Assembly: GCF_002803295.2 (NCBI RefSeq)
Contig: NZ_PGGB02000014.1
Location: forward strand, 2,551 to 34,550
Direction: 5' to 3'
From: Caedibacter taeniospiralis
GTDB lineage: Bacteria; Pseudomonadota; Gammaproteobacteria; Francisellales; Francisellaceae
Length of the DNA: 32,000 nt
Shown piece after piece: positions 16,670 to 25,723 of the stretch. Within the stretch, counting starts at the first letter, position 1. Each line of letters opens with the position of its first letter. Under the pieces are notes generated by a model. The model worked only from the letters and a program-made list of their open reading frames with translations, did not search any database and was not told where the DNA came from. The translations under genes and the position numbers were made by a program.

Positions 16670-16855
16670 TTATTCCGTATCGCCCAGTGAGTGCTCACCT
16701 TTTATGCGCACAAAGATTTCTTCTCGATGCACGGAGACATCTTTTGGGGCACTAATGCCTAGTCGAACCTGATTGCCTTTGACCCCTAAAACAGTCACTG
16801 TTACTTCATCCCCAATCATAACAGTCTCACCAATTTTTCTTGTTAAAATTAACAT
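16670..16855 (-). CDS. csrA: carbon storage regulator CsrA
   Basis: [47 protein letters not shown]. The csrA then tRNA-Ser arrangement is the usual gammaproteobacterial one. Confidence 0.95.
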   Translation of the reverse strand: MLILTRKIGETVMIGDEVTVTVLGVKGNQVRLGISAPKDVSVHREEIFVRIKGEHSLGDTE

Positions 16856-17058
16856 CTTAAAGTTACTCCTTAATTATGTCGCTTTATCTTCGAAAGCTGC
16901 CTACATTTATATCAACTCCCCACATGGAACGGACATCCCAGACCTAAAATGCTTTTAGTCCTTGTCAGAAAGTATAGATGCAAAATACTCATCTGCATCA
17001 GAACGGCGTAATTCTATATAAAATAATAATTTTTACTAGTTTTTTATGCACCAAATCT

Positions 17059-17122
17059 CTGTATACGAAGAAAAATAATGCTTCAAGCGGCAGTTAGTTT
17101 GCAATTTTTTCTTCGTGTACAG
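17059..17122. promoter_or_regulatory. long inverted repeat (17-nt arms, 1 mismatch, ~29-nt spacer) about 105 nt upstream of spoT
   Basis: CTGTATACGAAGAAAAA (17059-17075) pairs with TTTTTTCTTCGTGTACAG (17105-17122). Function unknown. Confidence 0.3.
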
Positions 17123-17226
17123 CGGCACCAAATTTGAAATTGGTTAATTCTGCCGCACTAGTGTTAGGGCTTTGCGGAAATTCTCATTATACTGAAACCA
17201 TTGCAAGAAGGGGTATAGCGCTTAAG

Positions 17227-19317
17227 ATGTTTTTATTTTATAAGCTTAATAAGATTATCCATGGTTACTTAACTACCGAGCAGCGCACACTAGTTGCAGA
17301 TGCTTTTTTGTTTGGTGCGGATGCCCATGAATTGCAAGTCAGAAGCTCTGGGGAGCCTTACTTTAGCCACCCTGTCGCGGTTGCTTGCGTGCTAGCAGGA
17401 ATGCGACTTGATTGTGAGACAATTATTGCGGCACTCTTACATGATACCATTGAAGACACTGAGCTCAGTGCCGAAGATATAAGCCTGCGATACAGTGAAA
17501 AAACTGCACAGCTGGTTGAGGGAGTAACCAAGTTAAGCAAAATTGAAACGCACTCTAAGGCAGAGCTGCAAGCAGAGAATTTTCGTAAAATGATTTTGGC
17601 GATGGTGCAGGATATTCGCGTAATTTTAATCAAACTTGCGGATCGCTTGCATAATATGACAACCTTAGCCTCCTTACGCCCAGACAAGCGTCGTAGGATT
17701 GCCCTTGAAACTTTGGAAATTTATGCACCTATTGCGCATAGACTGGGAATGCACCACTTTAAAAACAGCTTCGAGGAGCTCGCGTTTGAAGCCATGTATC
17801 CTTACCGCTATAAGACATTGCGAACCAAAGTTTTACACGCACAAAAGCATCGTGATCGCTTGTTTCGTAAGATTTTAGAGCGCTTACAGCACCACTTGTC
17901 GGAGCTATTAGAAAGTGAAAACCTGGTATCAGGACGCAAAAAACGACTGTATAGTATTTACCGCAAGATGCGCGATAAGGAAATGTCATTTTCCGAAATT
18001 ATGGACATTTATGCGTATAAAGTCATCGCCTCAAATCGGCGTGATTGTTATCTGATTTTGGGTGCCATCCATGAGATTTTTCGCCCGATCCCTGGTCGCT
18101 TTAAAGATTATATTGCAACTCCAAAAGCCAATGGATACCAGTCATTACATACAACTGTATTTGGTCCTTATGGGGTACCTATTGAGGTGCAAATCAAGAC
18201 AAAAATGATGGATGATACGGCCGAGAAGGGCGTTGCGGCACATTGGATTTACAAGGCAAAATCACTCAGCCATGCCAATGCTCAAAAATGGTTAGAAAAA
18301 TTGTCTGATTTGCAACAAAATGTGTCAAAATCCACCGACTTTATCGAAAGTGTCAAATTAGACTTATTTCCTGATGAAGTTTATGTATTCACTCCCAATG
18401 GGGAAATTATTGAGCTGCCTAAGAATGCGACCTGTGTTGACTTTGCCTATCACATTCATACCGATATTGGCAATCACTGTATTGCCGCCAAGGTTAATCG
18501 TCGAATCACCCCACTTAATTACATGCTAACGCATGGTGACACCGTCGAAATCATCAACTCACCAAATGCCCATCCAAACCCAGCTTGGCTTGAGTTTATC
18601 AAAACTGCCCGAGCAAAACATGCGATAAAACATGCTTTGAAGCGTCACGAACATGACGAATTTATCCATGTTGGGCAGCAGATCTTAAATCAAGCATTAT
18701 TAAAAAATCAATTAGAGTTTTTAAGTCTATCGCCACAGCTGATCCAACAAGCATTAATTGAGTTTAATTTCCCAAGCATTGCTGAGCTTTATGCCGCGAT
18801 TGGGCAGGCAAATTTTTCAGCCAACACCTTGGTGAGATATGTTGAGCAATACGTGGAATCGGAATTAATTCATTCCCAAAATGCTCCGCGTAAGCTTGTG
18901 ATTGATGAGAGTAATATGAATCAACTTGCCAGTTGTTGTACGCCAATTCCTGATGATCCAACCACAGGCGTACTGGTGGCAGATAAGGGACTTGTCGTGC
19001 ATAGAAGTCGATGTAAGGAATTATTGAAGCTTGAAAAATCACACGAGCTTATCGAAACACAATGGATCTTAGATGGCTCAGGATATTATCCTGCCAGACT
19101 TTTAATCAGTTTACAAAACGTCCATGGAGCTATTGCCAAAGTGACCGCAAATATTTCACGCCATGAAGCGCAAATCGTAAGTTTTAGCATTTTAGAATCT
19201 GATGCACAATACGGTACTGTGCAGACGGTTATCGAAGTTAAGGATCGAGTACATTTAGCGCGTGTAATTCGAGGACTTAAGCATCTGAAGATTTGCCTTA
19301 AAATTGAGAGGGTATAG
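17227..19317 (+). CDS. spoT: bifunctional (p)ppGpp synthetase/hydrolase (SpoT-type RSH)
   Basis: HD hydrolase motif HPVAVACVL...LLHDTIEDT, synthetase region RFKDYIATPKANGYQSLHTTV, TGS (VYVFTPNGEIIELPKNATCVDFAYHIHTDIG) and a C-terminal ACT-like domain. ATG at 17227 is preferred over the track's upstream TTG at 17134. Confidence 0.9.
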   Translation: MFLFYKLNKIIHGYLTTEQRTLVADAFLFGADAHELQVRSSGEPYFSHPVAVACVLAGMRLDCETIIAALLHDTIEDTELSAEDISLRYSEKTAQLVEGVTKLSKIETHSKAELQAENFRKMILAMVQDIRVILIKLADRLHNMTTLASLRPDKRRRIALETLEIYAPIAHRLGMHHFKNSFEELAFEAMYPYRYKTLRTKVLHAQKHRDRLFRKILERLQHHLSELLESENLVSGRKKRLYSIYRKMRDKEMSFSEIMDIYAYKVIASNRRDCYLILGAIHEIFRPIPGRFKDYIATPKANGYQSLHTTVFGPYGVPIEVQIKTKMMDDTAEKGVAAHWIYKAKSLSHANAQKWLEKLSDLQQNVSKSTDFIESVKLDLFPDEVYVFTPNGEIIELPKNATCVDFAYHIHTDIGNHCIAAKVNRRITPLNYMLTHGDTVEIINSPNAHPNPAWLEFIKTARAKHAIKHALKRHEHDEFIHVGQQILNQALLKNQLEFLSLSPQLIQQALIEFNFPSIAELYAAIGQANFSANTLVRYVEQYVESELIHSQNAPRKLVIDESNMNQLASCCTPIPDDPTTGVLVADKGLVVHRSRCKELLKLEKSHELIETQWILDGSGYYPARLLISLQNVHGAIAKVTANISRHEAQIVSFSILESDAQYGTVQTVIEVKDRVHLARVIRGLKHLKICLKIERV

Positions 19318-19410
19318 CGCATACACGAGAAGTTATCTCAAATTTAAATACTTCCTTTAAAGCAGTTTCTAGATAACCGCTCATCTTGCTATTTTGCTTC
19401 ATTTTTTGCT

Positions 19411-20730
19411 TTATCTTCCAATAGAAATATACTCAATGCCAAGTTGCTGCATTCTTGCCTTGTCATATAGATTGCGACCATCGAAGATAATCGGCTTTGT
19501 CAAACGTGCGGTTATTGTGCTGAAATCGGGACTCCTAAAGCTTTGCCATTCGGTGACGATAAACAAGGCATCCGCACCGTAAAGCGCATGATAAGCTTCA
19601 TCAACGAGCTCATAATCGTCGCGCTCGCCATATAGCTTAGCGAAGTTCTCCATGGCTTCAGGATCATAGGCTTTAACCTTAACACCATTTTTCCACAGCG
19701 TTTCAATGAGTGTGCGCGCAGATGCCTCACGAATGTCATCGGTATTTGGCTTAAACGCAAGCCCCCAGACGGCCACTGTTTTTCCCTGGATCTCACCATT
19801 AAAGTAATCATTAAATTTGGTGAACAGCACCTCTTTTTGCGCATCATTGACATCGTGTACGGCCTGCAAAATACGTGCATTATAACCGTATTCACGCGAT
19901 GTCTGCCCAAGGGCTCGTACATCCTTTGGAAAACACGAGCCACCATAACCACAACCTGCGTAAATAAAGTGATAGCCAATGCGTCTGTCCGCACCGATAC
20001 CGATGCGCACTTTTTCAATATCCGCACCCACGCGCTCCGCGATTTGACTCATTTCATTCATAAAACTGATTTTGGTTGCGAGCATTGCATTGGCGACATA
20101 TTTTGTCATTTCTGCAGATCTTACATCCATAATCATCAACCGATTCTGGTTAGGATCAAAAGGAGCATAAAGCTCACGCATCACATCGGCTGCGCGTTCA
20201 GAGTTTGCGCCAACTACGATACGATCTGGGTGCATACAATCACTAATTGCATCACCTTCCTTTAAAAACTCAGGATTGGAGACTACATCAAACTCAAAAT
20301 CAACGCCCCTAAGTTTTAGGGCGTTTGCAATGGTCTCCGTCACTTTATACTCGGTGCCAACCGGTACCGTTGATTTATTGACGATCACTTTATATTCATT
20401 CATATATTCGGCAACAGTCATGGCAACCTGTAACACATATTGCAGATCTGCCGAGCCATCTTCGTCAGGTGGGGTGCCTACGGCAATAAATATCACTTGC
20501 GCATCCTTTATTGCCTGCCTTGGCTCAGTAGTGAAACTGATCCTGTCATTGGCAACATTCCGTTTTATCAGGTCATCTAATCCTGGTTCATAAATAGGCG
20601 AGATCCCTTGTTTAAGATTTTCTACCTTTTGCCTATCCACATCAACACAACAAACATGATTTCCCATTGCGGCAAAACACGTCCCTGTCACAAGCCCTAC
20701 GTAGCCTGTACCGAAAATCGCAATCTTCAT
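19411..20730 (-). CDS. ugd: UDP-glucose 6-dehydrogenase
   Basis: MKIAIFGTGYVGLVTGTCFA..., catalytic GYGGSCFPKDV, AFKPNTDDIREA. Confidence 0.9.
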   Translation of the reverse strand: MKIAIFGTGYVGLVTGTCFAAMGNHVCCVDVDRQKVENLKQGISPIYEPGLDDLIKRNVANDRISFTTEPRQAIKDAQVIFIAVGTPPDEDGSADLQYVLQVAMTVAEYMNEYKVIVNKSTVPVGTEYKVTETIANALKLRGVDFEFDVVSNPEFLKEGDAISDCMHPDRIVVGANSERAADVMRELYAPFDPNQNRLMIMDVRSAEMTKYVANAMLATKISFMNEMSQIAERVGADIEKVRIGIGADRRIGYHFIYAGCGYGGSCFPKDVRALGQTSREYGYNARILQAVHDVNDAQKEVLFTKFNDYFNGEIQGKTVAVWGLAFKPNTDDIREASARTLIETLWKNGVKVKAYDPEAMENFAKLYGERDDYELVDEAYHALYGADALFIVTEWQSFRSPDFSTITARLTKPIIFDGRNLYDKARMQQLGIEYISIGR

Positions 20731-21054
20731 AAAATCTCACTTTTAGCTGCTAAAACCACCGCCGATCATATCAGAAATAATGGGCAAATTCAGCGAATAT
20801 TATTTTTAAACGCCAGAGCCTGTGGGCTTTTTTATGTTGTGTCGGTATAGGTAACATTTCCCTGTGCCAGCGCTTTTCATTGCATCACAAGGAATATGAT
20901 CGACGCTGAATTCTTTATCTTTTTATGATTGATGAAACTAAAAGGTTTTGCTTTTTTTGTATATATGCGAGAAATTCATTAGTGAAGGATTATATTTTAT
21001 GATATAAAAGCGCCCTGAATTAAGAACTAACTTATTAATGGAGGCTATATAACT

Positions 21055-21468
21055 ATGCTGACAGAAAAAGAACTGCTAAACATGCCCGAAGAAGCATATA
21101 TGAATGACGAACAGTTGGCTTTTTTTAAGGATCTCCTACTTCAGCAAAAGCAAGAGTTAAACGAAGCCATTGAGGATGCCAAAAAGAGTCTGGCTGAGTC
21201 CGAACGCAACACCGATTTAAATGATGTTGCTACCTCGCAAGAGATGCAACAAATCTACCTGCGTACTGTTGATCGCCAGAGCAAATTGCTGCGGAAAGTC
21301 AACGAGTCACTCAAACACATTGAAAATGGCGAATATGGTTATTGTGAGCTCACAGGAGAACCCATCGGCGTGCAACGCCTGCTAGCGCGTCCCACGGCGA
21401 CTTTATCGGTACAGGCAAAAGAGATTCAAGAGCATCAGGAAAAAACGCAAGGCATTATCAAAGCCTAA
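21055..21468 (+). CDS. dksA: RNA polymerase-binding transcription factor DksA, variant with only one of the four zinc-finger cysteines
   Basis: Coiled-coil tip DLNDVA (DxxDxA). The C-terminal GYCELTGEPIGVQRLLARPTATLSVQAKE aligns with E. coli [29 protein letters not shown]. That gives C,T,S,A at the four Cys positions. Confidence 0.85.
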   Translation: MLTEKELLNMPEEAYMNDEQLAFFKDLLLQQKQELNEAIEDAKKSLAESERNTDLNDVATSQEMQQIYLRTVDRQSKLLRKVNESLKHIENGEYGYCELTGEPIGVQRLLARPTATLSVQAKEIQEHQEKTQGIIKA

Positions 21469-21650
21469 TTTTTACCCTCTTTGGATGGGTGATCACCCTG
21501 ATTGGCGATATGGTTTGGATTATCGCTGATCTTTTTGTATTTACTCCTTTCAATCTTATCATCAACGTACAAAGTAAAACGATACCCCACATACATTGAA
21601 ATCGCTAACATAATCATAATCGTGATATACCACATTGCTTGTTCCTTCAT
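21465..21650 (-). CDS. small single-TM protein, CydX/YbgT-like (likely start at the internal ATG 21635: MWYITIMIMLAISMYVGY...)
   Basis: Position immediately after the cydB remnant stop (6 nt). MWY followed by a hydrophobic helix resembles E. coli CydX (MWYFAWILGTLL...). It is longer than typical CydX because of a hydrophilic tail. Confidence 0.4.
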   Translation of the reverse strand: MKEQAMWYITIMIMLAISMYVGYRFTLYVDDKIERSKYKKISDNPNHIANQGDHPSKEGKN

Positions 21651-21656
21651 ATCTAA

Positions 21657-21793
21657 CTAAAAAATAGGGTCGTTTTTTTCTAAGTCAGCCTTGCTTAATC
21701 TGGCTTTTCCTCGCCAGGTTGTTGCGTAGAGGATGAGCACTAAACAATAATCGCCCACCAGATAAGCTGAAGCGTCATATAATCAAACAGCAT
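21657..21793 (-). pseudogene. cydB: cydB relic: N-terminal 17 codons joined out of frame to the last ~28 codons (internal deletion of roughly 330 codons)
   Basis: The ATG overlaps the cydA end (GTTAATGCTGTTTGA). It reads MLFDYMTLQLIWWAIIV* (E. coli CydB: MIDYEVLRFIWWLLVGV). In another frame it reads LVLILYATTWRGKARLSKADLEKNDPIF* (E. coli CydB C-terminus: IILLYTAWCYWKMFGRITKEDIERNTHSLY*). Confidence 0.75.
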
Positions 21794-23375
21794 TAACGTC
21801 CTCCTTATAGTCATAGCGACCATTACCAAGGGATTTAGGACCTTTTCTCGCCACTTTAAACATGATAATCAACTCAATAATAAACAAACCAACATACAGC
21901 AGAGCAAAAAAGGCAAGACTTACAACAATATTCCACGACGCCAGCGTCGAGACACCAAGACTCGTGGGGAGTATGCCATGCAGCACCCACGGTTGACGCC
22001 CCATTTCAGCTATAATCCAGCCTGCCTCAGCAGCAATATAAGGTAATGGAATTGCCAACATAGCCAACCACAAGAACCAGCGGTAATTTAATAAAGTTCT
22101 TCGTAAGAGATGCACCGTTCCAAAAGTCATCACAAAAAAAACGATTGCCCAACAGGTCAGCATCACTCTAAAGCTCCAATACAAAGGCCAAACTTGAGGA
22201 ATCGTATCTTTCACGGCTTTACTTACTTCAGCACGACTTGCGTTATAAGGATCTGTAGCATGAGTTTGTAGTATAAACGCATAACCAATGTTGTCGCGGT
22301 ACTTTTTAGTTTCCTGATTTGCAGGATCAAAAATATCAAAGTCTGCAGCAACGCCATGACCACTTCTAATGCGCTCTAATGCTTTTAACGCAACAAGACC
22401 ATCGTAAATACGCTCCTTATTTTCACGCATGATGGGTTTTAATCCCTGAACGGTTGTACTTAAACTATGTCCCGTAATTAAGCTTAACATCCATGGAACT
22501 TCAATCTCAAAATAATTTCTCTCATCAGTCTGTGAAGGAAATGACACCGCCGACCAGGCAGCAGGAGCTTTTTGCGTTTCCCACTGCCCTTCTATCGCCG
22601 CCATTTTAGCGGGTTCGTATTTATCCACAGCAAGCCCATTGGCATCACCTAAAAAGAAAATAAAGATCGAAGAACATAAGCCAAAACCAAGACCCACGGC
22701 AAGTGAGCGCAGGGCAAAACCTGTGTTACGCTTACGCAACAAATACCAGGCACTAATTCCCACAACAAAAGCCGCTGCAATAAGGTAACCCGCAAAAGCC
22801 ACATGTCCAATGCGAATTTGCGCCAGCTCCTGCATGTAAAGCTCAACAAAGCTTGTCAACTGCATCTGCATGGTTTCTGGATTCAAAAAAGTCCCAACGG
22901 GGTGTTGCATCCAGCTGTTGGCTACTAAGATATTAACGATGGATAAATTAGTTCCTAGTGCCAGGAAAAAAGTAATCAGCAAATGGGTTTTTTTACTCAC
23001 CTTATCCCAGGTAAAAAAGAATAAACCAAATAAAGTTGCCTCCGTCATAAAGGCAGTTAAGCCCTCGATGGCAAGCACTGTACCAAAACTCTCGCCAATA
23101 AAGCGCGAAAAATAAGCCCAGTTTAAACCAAACTCAAATTCCATGGTAATTCCCGTAACCAGCCCCATGGCAAAGTTAATTGCGAAGAGCTTCCCCCAGA
23201 ACTTCACCATATCTTGGTAAAGTTGCTTGCCCGTTTTGAGGTATGCTGCTTCCATAATGAATAAAATCCATGATAATCCCAAGGTTAATGGGACAAACAC
23301 AAAATGGAAAATAGCAGTAAATGCAAACTGACTACGCGATAAATCGACAAACAGTTGCGTCATATCCATGCCCAC
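21783..23375 (-). CDS. cydA: cytochrome bd ubiquinol oxidase subunit I
   Basis: LSRSQFAFTAIFHFVFVPLTLGLS..., KFWGKLFAINFAMGLVTGITMEFEFGLNW, C-terminal EMGRQPWVLHGILPT. Full length (530 aa) and apparently intact. Confidence 0.9.
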   Translation of the reverse strand: MGMDMTQLFVDLSRSQFAFTAIFHFVFVPLTLGLSWILFIMEAAYLKTGKQLYQDMVKFWGKLFAINFAMGLVTGITMEFEFGLNWAYFSRFIGESFGTVLAIEGLTAFMTEATLFGLFFFTWDKVSKKTHLLITFFLALGTNLSIVNILVANSWMQHPVGTFLNPETMQMQLTSFVELYMQELAQIRIGHVAFAGYLIAAAFVVGISAWYLLRKRNTGFALRSLAVGLGFGLCSSIFIFFLGDANGLAVDKYEPAKMAAIEGQWETQKAPAAWSAVSFPSQTDERNYFEIEVPWMLSLITGHSLSTTVQGLKPIMRENKERIYDGLVALKALERIRSGHGVAADFDIFDPANQETKKYRDNIGYAFILQTHATDPYNASRAEVSKAVKDTIPQVWPLYWSFRVMLTCWAIVFFVMTFGTVHLLRRTLLNYRWFLWLAMLAIPLPYIAAEAGWIIAEMGRQPWVLHGILPTSLGVSTLASWNIVVSLAFFALLYVGLFIIELIIMFKVARKGPKSLGNGRYDYKEDVNAV

Positions 23376-23472
23376 CCCCAGATTTAATAAAGTATAAGGT
23401 ATGATTACTGCCGAGATTGTAGAGAGTTCTGAAGTGATTGCAATAATACCAGCAATTTAATCTCTTATCGCT

Positions 23473-23505
23473 ATACCCATCGTAAAATAGTTTGCGATGG
23501 GTATA
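23473..23505. promoter_or_regulatory. perfect 11-bp inverted repeat between the nusB stop and the cydA start (operator or T-tract-less terminator hairpin)
   Basis: TATACCCATCG (23473-23483) and CGATGGGTATA (23495-23505) with an 11-nt spacer. It lies about 100 nt upstream of the cydA start and 38 nt downstream of the nusB stop. No U-tract on either strand. Confidence 0.3.
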
Positions 23506-23542
23506 AGACACACCTGATTGGTGCATAATCTATTGAGCAGGG

Positions 23543-23971
23543 TTAGACCATATCTATGCGCATTTCTTTAGCAATCTTATCTAATAAGCCATTGACAAAA
23601 CGGTGTCCTTCCTCGGTTCCCAGTTCTTTTGCCTGATCTACATACTCATTTAAAACGACCTGATAGGGAATATCCAGGCAATCGATTAACTCATACGTAC
23701 CTAGACGCAGGATAGCTAGATCAATGAGATTGATTGATGCCAGGTCATTAGTAGCGTAGTGATTGATTTTATGATCAATCAGCACTTTATTTTTATCAAC
23801 ACCATCCAAAAGACGATAGAAGAAGTCCCATTCCACCAGGTGTCGCTCAACATTATCTGCGTAAAACTGAAGCTTCAACTCATTGATGCTGGTATGCGCC
23901 ACTGCCTGCTGATACAGTGCCTGTACCGCATGAAAACGAGCACGCCTGCGCTCTTTAAATTTTAATGACAT
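23543..23971 (-). CDS. nusB: transcription antitermination factor NusB
   Basis: MSLKFKERRRARFHAVQALYQ... The start is taken at the internal Met (23971) because NusB proteins begin near the RRxAR motif. Confidence 0.9.
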   Translation of the reverse strand: MSLKFKERRRARFHAVQALYQQAVAHTSINELKLQFYADNVERHLVEWDFFYRLLDGVDKNKVLIDHKINHYATNDLASINLIDLAILRLGTYELIDCLDIPYQVVLNEYVDQAKELGTEEGHRFVNGLLDKIAKEMRIDMV

Positions 23972-24077
23972 GATAAACCTTACAATACGCTCATTCGATG
24001 AAATACGGTCGCAGATTATACCCAATAGCCGATTAATGTGATAGTTATAATTATTTGTTTTTACTCAGTGTAGTTAT

Positions 24078-24728
24078 TCAGCTACGCCACATCCGCACAA
24101 CATGTCTTTTGGCATCTAGAAGTGGCACATCAACCTCGAATGCTTCGTTTTTCATTGGTACCTGAGCTAAGGCTTCTAGCTCAAGATCAGCTCCCTTCAT
24201 CGCAATCATTTGCCCATTTTGAGCCAGCAAGTGCTGACATAAGTGATAAAAATCATCAATTGAACTAAATGCCCGTGAAACAACGCTGTCAAAGGGTATT
24301 TCAGGTTGATAGTTTTCCACTCTGATATTAAGGACTATCACATTCTTCAAATCCAGCACCCTTTTAACATGCTTGAGAAAAAGTGTTTTTTTACCGACGC
24401 TATCCAGCAGCACAAAGGAAGTTTCTGGTAATAATATTGCTAATACAATTCCAGGTAAGCCACCACCGCTGCCTATATCTGCAACGTGTTTACCCTTGAT
24501 AAAAGAGACTACAGACATGCTATCAAAGATATGTTTGACCAACATTTCATCCCAACCCGTAATCGCCGTCAGATTGTAGGTTTTATTCCATTTTTTAAGC
24601 AATGACAGATACTCGAGTAATTGATTAATCTGCTCATCTGTCACCGTAAGATTAAACTTTTCCGCCACCTGGCGAACCTTTACCTTGCTATCATCAAGCA
24701 TATTATTTAAACAATCTAGTGTAATCAT
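24078..24728 (-). CDS. rsmG: 16S rRNA (guanine527-N7)-methyltransferase RsmG (GidB)
   Basis: WNKTYNLTAI...HIFDSM..., SAM motif DIGSGGGLPGIVLAI, VVSRAF. Confidence 0.9.
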   Translation of the reverse strand: MITLDCLNNMLDDSKVKVRQVAEKFNLTVTDEQINQLLEYLSLLKKWNKTYNLTAITGWDEMLVKHIFDSMSVVSFIKGKHVADIGSGGGLPGIVLAILLPETSFVLLDSVGKKTLFLKHVKRVLDLKNVIVLNIRVENYQPEIPFDSVVSRAFSSIDDFYHLCQHLLAQNGQMIAMKGADLELEALAQVPMKNEAFEVDVPLLDAKRHVVRMWRS

Positions 24729-24834
24729 CTTGCCTTATTCGCCTTTCAGATTCTGACCATTGTTTGGAGTATACCACTCGTAAATCATCTCAGCTGACTA
24801 CTCAGGAGTAGTCAGGTTTACGGGCAATAAATAC

Positions 24835-25116
24835 TTATAACCACCCACTCTTAGGTGCAACAGGCAGATAGAGCTTTTGTTCAGGACTGATTACGTCACC
24901 CTTTAAGTTGTTGAGTGACTTAATACAACTTTCCGTAGTGTTATTTGCTTTTGCAATTTTGCCTAAACTGTCACCTTTTTTCACTGTATAGGACTGTAAG
25001 GTTTGAGTCTGACAATATTGATCAGGGGTCAGGTAAACTGTCTTTGTCGCACAGCCCGCCAAAAACACACCCGCAACCATTAACGCACCCAAATGAATTA
25101 CTTTTTTCTTACTCAT
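24835..25116 (-). CDS. small LysM-domain lipoprotein
   Basis: Signal peptide with lipobox VFLAGC. LysM core YTVKKGDSLGKIAKANNTT...SLNNLKGDVISPEQKLYLP. Confidence 0.75.
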   Translation of the reverse strand: MSKKKVIHLGALMVAGVFLAGCATKTVYLTPDQYCQTQTLQSYTVKKGDSLGKIAKANNTTESCIKSLNNLKGDVISPEQKLYLPVAPKSGWL

Positions 25117-25234
25117 CTTTTAACTCCTTTTGTATTGTTTACCACAGCGGCAATCGAAATTGTAACTTAGATTGAGCTAATTTCTCCAGCGAAACCGCAA
25201 ATCTTTACCCATCTTAATTGAATAGGCGAGAAAC

Positions 25235-25723
25235 TCACTCCAGGTTCACATCTTGTAACACGCTTTCAGTCTGGGTTTGACGATACTGCTTAATGGCTTT
25301 GTTATATCGCTGATCTTCGTTGGCTAACATGCAACAGGCGAAAATGGCTGCGTTGACTGCCCCTGCGCGTCCTATGGCAAAAGTTGCCACAGGAACTCCC
25401 GCAGGCATTTGCACAATCGATAATAACGAATCCTGACCCGATAATGCTTTGGATTGCACAGGCACTCCCAGTACGGGAATGTGAGTTTTAGCCGCGAGCA
25501 TTCCAGGTAAATGTGCGGCTCCTCCTGCTCCTGCAATAATTGCCTTTAAACCTTTTGTTTCAGCCGCTTCAGCATATTGAAACAGCAAATCAGGAGTGCG
25601 ATGCGCGGAAACGACCTGTACCTCATAAGGGATGCCCAACTCACGCAATGTTTCGGTGGTGGACTTCATCGTTTCCCAGTCAGATTTAGACCCCATCACC
25701 ACACCCACTAATGTCTCACTCAT
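25235..25723 (-). CDS. purE: N5-carboxyaminoimidazole ribonucleotide mutase
   Basis: [14 protein letters not shown]...SAHRTPD...[28 protein letters not shown]. Confidence 0.9.
   Translation of the reverse strand: MSETLVGVVMGSKSDWETMKSTTETLRELGIPYEVQVVSAHRTPDLLFQYAEAAETKGLKAIIAGAGGAAHLPGMLAAKTHIPVLGVPVQSKALSGQDSLLSIVQMPAGVPVATFAIGRAGAVNAAIFACCMLANEDQRYNKAIKQYRQTQTESVLQDVNLE

Noticed and set aside
17134-17226. Upstream TTG start extending spoT by 31 codons
   Set aside because: The extension (MKLVNSAALVLGLCGNSHYTETIARRGIALK) has no counterpart in RSH proteins and overlaps the right arm of the long inverted repeat. The ATG at 17227 gives a normal N-terminus.
19512-20593. Three long ORFs (171, 142 and 105 aa) in alternative frames or strands within ugd
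   Set aside because: They are fully embedded in a strongly supported ugd CDS and show no motifs. They are shadow ORFs.
20731-21054. Possible sRNA with terminator-like AGCC-tgtg-GGCT-TTTTT in the ugd-dksA spacer
   Set aside because: The stem is only 4 bp, no promoter is evident upstream, and there are no CsrA-binding GGA clusters. The evidence is insufficient.
21465-21468. Convergent overlap of the dksA and cydX-like stop codons as a possible regulatory feature
   Set aside because: A 4-nt tail-to-tail overlap is common in compact genomes. There is no associated structure.
25235-25723. purE without an adjacent purK as an anomaly
   Set aside because: purE and purK are unlinked in many bacteria. 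Absence from this window says nothing about the genome.
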